Shown: in pieces, positions 25,721 to 36,398 of the stretch
Position numbering within the stretch: the stretch's first letter is position 1
Layout: each line of letters begins with the position of its first letter
Assembly: GCA_010093605.1 (NCBI GenBank)
Contig: MU004197.1
Coordinates: 744,001 to 808,000, forward strand
DNA length: 64,000 bases
Source of the DNA: Lophium mytilinum
Lineage: Eukaryota
Direction: 5' to 3'
Position numbers and translations under genes: made by a program
Notes under the pieces: generated by a model
Databases searched by the model: none
Seen by the model: only the letters and a program-made list of their open reading frames with translations
What the model was told of the DNA's origin: nothing

Positions 25721-26700
25721 CTATATTAGGATAACGGGACTCAGTTCCTCCTCTTTGAACTCCTCGCCGTATATAAGGCCGTAGACGAAGGTAGCGCCGA
25801 CTACGCTCATGCACTTATCTGTAGATCTTCCCCTAAGAACTATCGGCATAGGAATATGTGCTAGCAGGTATACCTGGTCTCCGACCTCTACCTCAGATGG
25901 ACCGGTACCCACAAATCCAGTAGAAAGTGTGAACAGACCTCTCTTATCCTCTGAAAATTTGTCGTGCACCTGAATTAAGGCTATGTGTAACTTGGAGATC
26001 TGGCCAAACCTTTGTTTTCCGCCTGTAATTTTCTTTAATAAGGGGGCTAGTACTAGTACACCCCCTTTCTAGTAAATATACACCCTCCCTCTCATCTAAT
26101 CCTCTAATTGGCCAGAACGGCTCGGAGCTTCGCCCGGAGCTCTATTCTCACGTGCATCCGTACTCTAGGTAAGAATGTATAGCCTCTACATTCTATTGTG
26201 CATCCTGTCCAATTAGCTCTACTGTAGCCGTAGATACGCTGTGGTATTGCGACCTGCTGTAGCTACGTACCTATAAACATGCTAAATTCGTCCAAACCTC
26301 ACCTTATTGGGGCTCTTTTGCATGGCATTCCTCTATCGCCGCCCGCACCTACTAAGTATTTTGATCCATATGCCCCCAATCTCTTCGCCGTAGGCCTGCC
26401 CTAAGGCGTCTGTATTATAGTAGAGCTCTAGGCTAGCCGTGGCGGCTGGAGAGCTAAGGTGGAAGATAAGGATAGAATTACTTGAGGAAGCTGAATCGGA
26501 GCCTTCAGAGCACTTATGCGAGCCAGTTAGGATATTAGATGAGAGGGCGGGTGTACGTTTACCAGAAAGGGAGTGTACGGCTACTAATTAGGGGGTGTAC
26601 TAGTACTAGCCCCCTTTAATAATGCCTTAGTTACGCTCTTCATATTATTAGTTTTTGGAAGTACCTTTTCCCAGACCTAAAAGACTTCCACGACTCGATC
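25721..26700 (-). pseudogene. C-terminal remnant of a HET-domain (heterokaryon incompatibility-type) protein gene, interrupted by a MITE
   Basis: LFTLSTGFVGTGP..VEVGDQVYLL..MPIVLR..VVGATFVYGL resembles the conserved C-terminus of HET-6-like proteins; the frame continues across the MITE if the element is excised; an in-frame TAG lies upstream. Confidence 0.7.
26041..26615. mobile_element. Non-autonomous DNA transposon / MITE, 575 bp
   Basis: Perfect 26-bp terminal inverted repeats AGGGGGCTAGTACTAGTACACCCCCT (26041-26066 / 26590-26615), extended imperfect subterminal IR, flanking direct repeat TTAATA (26035-26040 / 26616-26621); no transposase ORF. Confidence 0.9.
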
Positions 26701-26755
26701 CTCCCAGCAAACATATCTCCACATGCCGTATCTCCGTCAATTCGAACCGAAGTGT

Positions 26756-29250
26756 CACATGCCCACCAACAAGATCACATGATTTCCCCTTCTCCTAGGT
26801 ATAAAACCTTCCTCCCAAAGCAAGATGTCGTTCTTCATCGGAGGGGAGCAGCTCGAGAGTGGTTCAAATATGCTAACGAACTTCGACATGGAGTACCCTG
26901 CGGACTTTGGGCTCAAAATAACCATACTACCGACGCATGGAGCTCGGGTGGGCGCAGTGAAACTTCGCTACAACCACGTCCAATGGTTGAACTCACGGAC
27001 GGAATGCTGATGCTCCCCATCTCCACCTCGTTTTTGCACGTCGTTATGAGACGATGATACTAGCGGGAAGAAGGTAAGCAGAGGAATAACTAGCATCATT
27101 ATGCCTTCTCACTAGACCGACACTCCATCATAATTAGCATCCAAGAGAGTTTGAATCCCAGGACATGAGATCATCCAAAGAGTTGTTTTGCAAGACCGCA
27201 AATCCACCACAAACCATAAGGACGGCGTTTTCTGTATTTTGCAAACCCCAGCTGTCCTTCCACGATGAAGGAACAATCCTTCCGTTCAGGAGAAGCTTTA
27301 TATCCCTAGGACTACGCTCACTGCTCCGGGGCACGTGGTTCTCACGTGTCTTCCCCCTCTTGCTTCTTACACAGCAGCTGAACGACGTATCTCAAATACA
27401 GTAGTTCTTTCGAAGGGCATCCCGTGGACGTCATGTGATCTCCTCTTCTCCCAGGTATAAAATCTTTTCCTCAGCCGCTCTGAGTCTCGTTCTTCATCGA
27501 AGTAGGAGGGAGGGAAAACGACGGGTGTTCAACAAAGATCCCAAGAAGAAAGATGCATGGATTGGCGGTGTTGTGTCCGAGTCTCTGGCATCAACTGAGC
27601 CGTACCCCCTTTGACATGGCTGGGCTAAGGATGCGGAACGTCAAGTTCCACGGAGCTGGGAGAAGGAGGAGCAGAGTCAACACGGCAACGAAAGACTGAG
27701 TGGTGTTAAAGAGCGAAGACAAAAAGTAGCGCGTCTTTTTCAATGGAGTAAAGAGAGGAGGTGGCCCGTCTTTTTTCGGTGCTGATGCTCGTCTAGAGTA
27801 TTCAGTCGTGCTGCTCCTTATCTTTTTCTTCCCCTTTCGGACACCATCGGACGTCGTAGAAGGTGATAAGCATGATCCTTCATCGCTGGACGACCCCTAC
27901 ATATAGCGTCGCTGCATCAATATTCACCGATCCCAGCCACCATACGATCCATCGTCGGTACGATTTACAGCTCACAACTCCAGCACCACCATGAAGTGAG
28001 GCCGCGTTCACATACTTGCAAACCACAACCCCAACACCAATCATCGCGCTGGTGTTTGGATAGGTTGCTCCCCAACGTACCTCTGCCAATAGAAAGAACC
28101 TCCGCAGGGAGAAGGGCAGGATTTATGGTCGATGCCTCAGCTCACCCAAGCAGCACGTGCTTCACGTGGCCCTTCTCTTCTTCCCACCACTTTAGGCGCC
28201 CCATTCTTTCCATAATATGGCCATCATAGACAGGCCTTCATAAGCATAGCTCATGTGCCCTTCACGTGCTCCTCACGTGCCCGTTTAGTATGCAAACATC
28301 TTCCGGGTATAAAACCTTCCCATTCGTCGCTTCTTCCTCGTTTCTTCAGCGGAGGAGGGAGGGGTTTGGAGGTTGGTTCATCAAACGCCAGTCGGAAACG
28401 TGCCATGGAGTGGTCGTGGACTCCCTGCCATCAGCCCAGAGCATCCACACCAGCTGGGTTGAAGCAGCATGTGCGAAATCGGACAACTTCGATGGTGATG
28501 AAGTCGAGGGTTCGGAAGTCTGCTGCGAGGTCTTCATGGAGGCGAGGTGGAGGCGGAGTGGGATCAACTCTTCTCATAACCTCACCTTATGCAGTGGAGT
28601 GGGCGAGTCGAAAGCGATAGACTGTATTGTTGATGGAGGTGGGATCGGGGTGTTGTTCTATCTCCTTTCGATGATAAAGAGTATCAATATGCCTTCTTTC
28701 CACTCCCTGTTTGAGGCCTTTGTTGCCAGTGAAAAGAATATACCTAGAGAGATTGTCAGCACCAGCATCGTAATTCCGCGAAGTTGCTCCCACCATTGCA
28801 GAGTCTTTGACTTAGTGTTTCAACACGAACAGCAACATCCCATATCAGAGCAGCTCTGTCTAGTTGCTCCCACCATTGATATGTTGACTGGCCTGACTGG
28901 TGTTTCCTTTTCAAGACATAGCGGTACTGAGCATCACCGGACAACAAGAACGTTCTACATCGTCAGGACTGAATCAGCCCCAACGCTTCACCATTCTTCA
29001 CCAGTTCTACTGTTTTGATCGCAGAACAAAGTCCCCACAGCAGCCATCAGACGCTTATCGTCGAAGCTTTTAGTTCCCCCCAAGCTAAACCCTCTCCTCT
29101 CTATAACGCACCATTTCTCCTTGAAAACCTTTATTTTGATCTAACCCCGAGATGTCGCCCCATGCTAAAAGAAACTTGGTGCAGACGAAAGCTTTTATAA
29201 AGGAAAATAGAAAGGGCCACGTGAGAGAACCTGTGAGTGATGACATAAGT
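26756..29250. repeat. Right array of non-coding cassettes (about three units: ~26756-27348, ~27432-28168, ~28252-29223) with inward-facing E-box + TATA modules
   Basis: Unit starts share GGTATAAAA..TCGTT(C/T)(T/C)T(T)CA(T/G)CG-like sequence (TATA at 26800, 27456, 28308). Reverse TATA at 27297 and 29193, each followed by CACGTG. The third unit is homologous to 330-1210. Confidence 0.75.
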
Positions 29251-29821
29251 GTGCTGTCTTTGCCCGTGACCATGAATCTACCAGACTGGCCGGTATCGCT
29301 TGTTGTATCAGTGCCGAAGCATAGATTTGGGCGCTTCTTGTGATGTTTGGGGTAGCTCGACTAGGTTTAGGTTTCCGATTACGATGTGAAAGGCGACGAG
29401 GTGGGAATTGGACTACCTTTTGTGCAGGCTGATAACTGGGTGGGGTATCTCTCACAGTGGTGTTGAGTGAGCAGGAGTGGAGTCTGATGGATGCGATATA
29501 CATGTGCCTAGACCTTTGAACCAGGGCCGTAGTCTTCGACAATTTTCTATCAAGAGGATCTGAAAGTGAGTAAGAAAGGAGGGAGTCGATCTTGATTTCA
29601 AGACGAAAGAGTTCAAGTAAAGAAGAAGACTTCAGAAAGACGACATAGTGGAGAGTCCAGACTTAGATGCTATGCTTTTCCCCACATTTTCCTAGTACTC
29701 CTTTTCGCAAGATGCCAACTTCAGGACCCAAGCCACCCCATATGGACAATCCAGACCCGTGTTGAGCAAGTCTTCCATCAACTCATAAACATAACCCCCC
29801 TTCCCCCACCAACGAGGCAAC

Positions 29822-30996
29822 TCACCACCCCCTCTTAGCCAACCTCTCCTGCTCCTTCATCGTCGCCGTATTAATCCCCACCATCGCCTCTCCCAAATCC
29901 ATACTCACCTCGACCAACACCTTCGGGTCCCTAAAATGCGTGACCGCCTGCACAATCGCCCTTGCCCTCTTCGCCGCATCCCCACTCTTAAAAATCCCCG
30001 ACCCCACAAACACCCCATCACACCCCAATTGCATCATCAGCGCCGCATCCGCCGGCGTCGCCACCCCGCCCGCCGCAAAGTTTACCACCGGCAGCCGGCC
30101 CAGCTTCGCCGTCTCCTTCAGCAGCGCGAAGTCGGCGCCGATTTCCTTCGCCATGACGCGGAGTTCTTCGTCGCTCATGCCCTTGGCGCGCGCGATGTCG
30201 GCGGACACCTGCCGCTGGTGCCGCACGGCTTCAATCACGTCGCCGGTCCCGGCTTCGCCTTTTGTGCGGATCATGGCGGCGCCTTCGGAGATGCGGCGCA
30301 GGGCTTCGCCGAGGTTGCGGCAGCCGCAGACGAAGGGGATTTTGAAGGGGTGCTTGTCGACGTGGTGGACGGCGTCGGCGGGGGTGAGGACTTCGGATTC
30401 GTCGATGTAGTCGACGCCGAGGGCTTCGAGGATCTGGATGGCCGTGGAGGTTAGAGGATTGTTCAAGGGAGTAGGACGACGGATGAGGGGAGGGGGGAAA
30501 GAGAGGTTAGGACGGGTAGAGGCAGCGTACCTGGCATTCCACGAAGTGGCCGATTCTCGCCTTCGCCATGACGGGGATCGTGACCGTGTCCATGATCTCC
30601 TTGATCATCTTGGGGTCGGACATCCGCGCCACGCCTCCTTCGACCCGGATGTCTGCAGGTACGCGCTCGAGGGCCATGACGGCCGAGGCGCCGGCTTCTT
30701 CGGCGATGCGTGCCTATATGCAGCATTCTAGTTAGCCAATGACTCATCTATAACATCTGTGAAGTTGAAGTCCTTCAGTCGGAGGCCAAAGTGGGATGAT
30801 GGGAATGTATGACGCGACCATAGAAAACTGATGTCTGGAGAATCGAATTGAAACGAAACAATCGTACCTGCTCAGCATTGACAACATCCATAATGACACC
30901 GCCCTTCAGCATCCTCGCCAACCCCGCCTTAACGGCATAGTTGTTCTCGCCGTCCTGGGTGGCATGGCCATTGGTAGTGGGGAGTTCAGTAGCCAT
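29822..30996 (-). CDS. SNZ1: Pyridoxal 5'-phosphate synthase subunit Pdx1/Snz1; 2 introns
   Basis: [81 protein letters not shown]-terminal LAKRGW. Confidence 0.98.
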
Positions 30997-31543
30997 CTCG
31001 TATATCAAAGCTTCTCAAAGCAGAACTTCCCGTCAATCTCGAGAATTAGTGAAGTGTCTTGTAAAGAGGAGAAAGTAAGAGTAAGAATCACCCAGAGAAG
31101 ACGACGATAAGCCAGGTCGAGTACGTAAAGCACCAAAGGATTCGCACCAGCAAGCGTGACTCTTAAAAAAAACTCCACTCCTCAGGGTCCAGTCCGCTGG
31201 GCTGACAGTCAAAGAACCGCACAGCCAGTCACAGTCCGCGAGTCGCTGTGCCTTTCCCCGGATGGATGGCGGGGTGCTATCCCAAGAACGCAGGTTGATG
31301 ACCCCTCCCGACGTCGGCCGGCCGTTTGGCTAAGCCCGATGCAGGAGCCGCAGCGCCCGGCATGCCGATGTTCGGCTTCCCGGATTTAATCGGCGAGGGA
31401 GTGTCTGACATCACCAATCCAATTCCGAGTGTTTTCGTCCCCGATCGTTGCAGCTGTCTGTATCACCCCCGCTCTTGAAGCAATTGTACCTTCTCAAGCA
31501 ATTTTTTCTTTCTACTGTCTGTACACGCTTTTGATTACGGAAA

Positions 31544-32185
31544 ATGGCATCCTTCCTCCTCCGCCCGACCTTCCTCGCCGGCCTAGGCGCAACCTCCGTC
31601 ATCTTCGCGCCCATGCTCCTCCGCCCGCAGCAACAGCTCTTCCGACCATACCGCATGGACGCCTCGCCAACGCCTCTCACAGACACATTCAGGAACTTTC
31701 CCACGCGGGATTCGCAGACGCCGGTCGTGCAGAACGGCGGCTTCAATCCCCAGGCGTTGAAGCAAGTTAGTGCTGGGAGTATCTTTGGTGCGTAACCCCG
31801 AAAATATAGTGCACGATGCAGTACTGGCGCTGACGCGTCATATCACAGGGCTGCTTGGTGGTCTAGCAATCAGTGTATTTTCAAAACCACTGGCTCTGAT
31901 AATTGGTCTATTGGTGTTTGGGGTACAGGTGAGCTTCCCGATGCATTCACCGTGTCATTCCCCGATTTAATCCCCGATCACTCCCGTCATGATCATCGCG
32001 AACTCAATCGCTGACCGCCGTCCCTCATCTAGTTCATTGAGTCCCGAGGCATTCATCTCATCCCCTACGAACGCATCCAGCGGAACTTCAAGAGCACCAA
32101 TGTCCGCTCCTTAATACAAGACAACGTTGCTTTTAAGCTGTCATTCGGGGCCACCTTTGCCCTCGCGGCCTTTGCGAATTTTTGA
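31544..32185 (+). CDS. FUN14-family mitochondrial membrane protein; 2 introns
   Basis: QVSAGSIFG/LLGGLAISVFSKPLALIIGLLVFGVQ/FIESRGI..DNVAFKLSFGATFALAAF. Confidence 0.8.
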
Positions 32186-32464
32186 GCGTGGAATGAAAGC
32201 CTGTGACGCATGGTTAAAACGTCCGACCATGCAGAAAATCTGGAGAAAGGAAGCTGGAGAAACGGGAAATCTTGTATTATACAGTGAAAAAGGAAAAACC
32301 ACAGAGTTGAGTCATGACCGGAACAGTTTGTGTAACCGTTTGGTGACTTCAGACGGCCTCGTCCAGGTGCGAAGTCAGCCGTGCATATGGTTGCCATCCA
32401 GTGGAGCTGCTGTAGTAGTACGTGAGCCTGATCTTTTGCATCTCAGATTGCTTCGTAGACATGC

Positions 32465-35400
32465 TCATTGGGGAGCATTAGGCGAAATACCAAGATATGG
32501 AGCGTCTGGACCTAGCTGCACAGCCATCTTCCTGCATTTCTGCGAGAAGTCTTTGACCGTAACCTTGAAAGCCGAAAATTGACGAGCATTCCTAGAAAGA
32601 GTCAGCAGCGCCACGGAAGCAAAATGAGACGGTCCATACCTCATCAACCCCTCAGTGAACATCCTCATTATTTTTTGGACCTCGAAGTGCTCGGGCGCTC
32701 GTGCAAACAACGGCAACTTACTCAGGGCTTCGGTGATCTCGGTGCGCGCCCAAGGCTGAGATTGTATCATCTTACGAAGTGGCGGCATGATATAATCTAG
32801 CGAGCTAGTATCGGCCTCACCACAAACGTTGAAAACTAGTGCCCGGGTGACCGGTCGGCCAAAGTGACTGACTATTTGCTGCGCGATGCTCTGCTGTGGA
32901 TGGCGCATGTCGAGAGCTAGGGCGAAAATATCGTTCCAAAGCTCGGCTGCAGCACGCTTCGGTAGTACGTCCGGGGATAGCACGCATTCGATGGAGAATT
33001 GAAACATAGCTTGTAGAATTTCGGAAGATTCCCCGTTGAGGATATCGGCATTCGTGTTGATGATCCGCTGGACGACCTCGATGCAGCCTACAGAGACCTC
33101 AGGGTCTGTGCTGGGGTGTCCGAGTTGCTGCATTAATTTCAAAACATAGCGGAGTAGGAGCTGGGCTTGCTCATGAAATGATAGCGATTTATCGCACTTA
33201 TGTGACCGGACGAATATGCAAGCCGTGTCTAGTACAAAAGGGAGGCGTGGTGTATTGACGTCAGTGCTGGCGACGAAGTCGACTGTTGCTTTCGGAGGCA
33301 GTAGAAACGGTCCAGGCACGGACTCCTTGTACCCAGTCCGGAAGATTGAACAGGCTTCTTCAATAATGTCTCCCTCCTTGCCATGAATCTGCGTAAGTAC
33401 CTGAATGAACTGGAAAATCTGAGACTGGAGAACGCTTCCTGGTCCTTCTGTCCAAAAGCTCGATGAGCCTTTTCCGGATAGACCTTCAGATTCGAGATCA
33501 ATCACGGCGTCATCTTGTGCCTGCAAAGCTTTACCTATACTCGTCAGGCATTGAAGAGCAGCTAGCGCAAACACAGCGCCGGTCTCTGTCCCTGCGTGCT
33601 CCGGAGTAATTGCATTCTGGGCGTCCATGGAGATATATTGAAACAGCTGCTGAAGTCGTGTGGCTTTTTCAGCATCGGATGGCAAAGCTTCAATGATTGC
33701 TGCAATGCCTTCCATTACCTTTCCTTTCGTGTGAACTTCAGCTGTCTGATAACCAAGGAATTGTTGGTACATGTCGAAAAAGGACCCAAGTTCTCCAGTG
33801 AGAGCTTTTCTGCAGGACGAGCAAAGGGAAGCGAAGGATTTGGCTGCTGAGTTGGCAAGAGCTGGTTGAGCAAGAGCAGTGACTAAGAATCGAAGCACTG
33901 GGGCCACAAAATCCATATTGCGAAGGAAGAACTCGGTGAAATGCGAGACCATCTCCACTGCAGATCGACGGGTCGCCGCGGGAATATCTTCAGCTGCCGT
34001 CATGTGGTCGAACAGGGAAGTGCCGAGAAGAGTTCGAATTTGGAGGTCCGTATCTGCATCAAGCTCTTCTGCGATAGAGTTCAAGCAGAATAGGCCGGCT
34101 TCGACTTGAAGCCAAGCCTTCTCAGCTAGGGCTGACTGGATGACCTTGACGAAATGGTCGAGAAGCGGCTCACGTATCTGTTCGTAGGCCGACTGAAACA
34201 AATCACGGACATCCATCCGGAAAGATTTGAACCTGCTCCTTGACTCGCTATCCCATTCTTTTGTCACCTCCGGTGGAGGGATGCGTATCTTGTGGAATAA
34301 CTCCGTTACGACTAGAAACGTGTGAGCTTTTGCGATGTCAACCCAAGCTGGTTTCACATCCGTGGCTTTGATCTTAAACATCTCGTCGTCGAGTGTGCTG
34401 ATGTAGACGCTCCAGAAATCGGCCACTGGAGGCGCAATCTCGTCGCTTTCTCCGACGTAGCCTTCGTATTTAAGTAAATTGTGAAGTGTTCCTAGCCCCG
34501 TCAGTTCAGTTTCCTGGGATTTAGATAGGCGATGACCGCGATATATAACAAGCATTGAACGAACCTAAGGCTTGGTCGCATATGATGTCCTGTCCTGCCT
34601 CCTTGTATAGACGGCCAGAATTCAACAGTATCTGGCAATACGCTATGACCATCCGCAAGAGAGTGACTGACGTATCATCGTTCTGATTCAGAATCTCAAT
34701 GCCCCAAGGGCTCATGCAGCATTCCCATAGTTTGCGTTGTTGCTCGGGAAGGAGAAATTTGGGATAATTGTCTAATATATCCGCAAATATGTCCATGGCG
34801 TCGTCTACGTCTAACTCCAGGCATGGCACAGCCATGTCAAACACTGTACGCAAATTCTTGAGAGACTCTGTTGAGTTTTTGAATTCTTGTTGCGCATAAA
34901 AGACCCAGGACACGTATGTCTTAAGAGCCTGAGTGAGGATCTTCTGGCCAGCCTCCTGCATACCCTCTCTTGCGATCTCGTCTCGCATGCACACCACTTC
35001 TTGACCTCGACGCAGGGCTTCATGAAGCAGTGCTTCGATGTCGACCGTATTTGATGCCATTCGTTTGTGAAGCGCCTCATGCTGCTGCTGGGATGAGTTT
35101 TTTGCTGTTTCTGCCAAGTCCATAGCGAATAAGAGAAGATAGTAGATTTGCCCGTCGGTTAGGGCAGGCAGAAGTTCCCAAATTGACAGAAACTTGTCAA
35201 TAGATTCCTCTGGAACCTGGGTACCTTTGTAAAAAGAACAGGCTAGTGTGTGAAGACACTTCGTCCACGACGACGTTGGCTTGCAAAAGTAGTTCGCGAG
35301 CGTGGAGCAAAACTTGGTAGCTACAACCTTACTCTGACTAGTCTTCTCTAGTCGAAGAAGCCATGACATGAGAGTGGATAGGAGAAGAGACGACTGGTTT

Positions 35401-35687
35401 TCATCAAGCTTGTCCCTGGAGCACTTGAGTTAGCAATGTCAAGCAAAAGCAGCACCAGAACGTAACACTAACCCATCCTGGTTCAGCTTGACGGTAAATG
35501 TCAGCGCGCCGTAGTACTGCACCTTGTCATCTTCGCTATGCATGAGCGCGTCGGCAATCTCCCACCCTCGCTCAGACCTTTGTAGAGTAGTGAGAAACGC
35601 GTCGGTTTCCTTGATCACCTGCGGGTTGCCCATTTGGTAGAGCATATTGATCCGCGCTTCGATCTCCGCAACAGTGGGTTCTGCCAT
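32465..35687 (-). CDS. Importin-beta / importin-13-like karyopherin (HEAT repeats), spliced
   Basis: N-terminal IBN_N-like LYQ..LQRSERGWEIADALM..VQYYGALTFTVKLNQD; ~1000 aa helical; VEAGLFCLNSI, LCSSCRKAL. Confidence 0.85.
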
Positions 35688-36398
35688 GGCGGCGGCTTGA
35701 TTGGGGGTTGCTGCAAGCATGTGCGACATTCTCACGACTGTCCTTTACCGTTGAGACGGATCGACGAAGGCCAACAGCCTCTGAAGGAAGATTTGAAGAA
35801 CACTTGGAATAGAAGAGAAAGCACTCAATTTTTCCTGACAAATGAAGGCGCAAATGCTTAGTGAAATGAGAGCGAAGACGGCGGCCTGATGCTGAGAGGC
35901 CAGGAGGCCGCAAATCTACGTGTTGCGGTCACTTTGCTGTAAAGACGGGTTTCGCTCTCTTCGGCTCGCGCAGACAGCAGAGGAGAGCAGCTCCCGCGCG
36001 TCTAGTGAAGAGGGCTCGAGATGGAAGGCCAGCTCACGTGCGCGCTCTACTGAGTCAGTATTGATGTGGTGGTTGTGAAGCTTAAGTGCAGGCCTGGCAG
36101 GCGTGAATGGATCGATCTCCGTCGGCTGGCTGCAGCTGCCGGAAGCGGACCCAGAGCTTGGCGGGGCAAGCGCCCACGCGGGGTTCTAGAAGGGTTTGCT
36201 TTTGCAAGCAACGGGTGACGAGCGTGGAGCTGCAGCTGTCGCAGTCGTCTGGTCCAGGGCCGGATGAATAAAATGAGGCCGTGAGCGCGTTGGGGTGCGG
36301 ACGTGCTCGCCAATGACAGGCTGCCCGCAACCGCAATCGTTTGTCTCTCATGCAATGCAGCCCTCTGACCTTGCCCGCATCTCCTCCAAGCTACTCTG

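Noticed and set aside
28266..29018. 250-aa ORF as a transposase or other gene
   Set aside because: Non-ATG start, no DDE or other motif, and it lies in a repeat whose homologue has indels.
29822..32185. SNZ1 as part of the PKS cluster or of an SNZ-SNO pair
   Set aside because: Separated from the cluster by ~5 kb of repeats and pseudogenes; the divergent neighbour is FUN14-like, not a glutaminase.
34521..34570. Apparent frameshifts between ORF pieces in the importin, PKS and other genes
   Set aside because: Explained by canonical GT-AG introns; no evidence of pseudogenisation.
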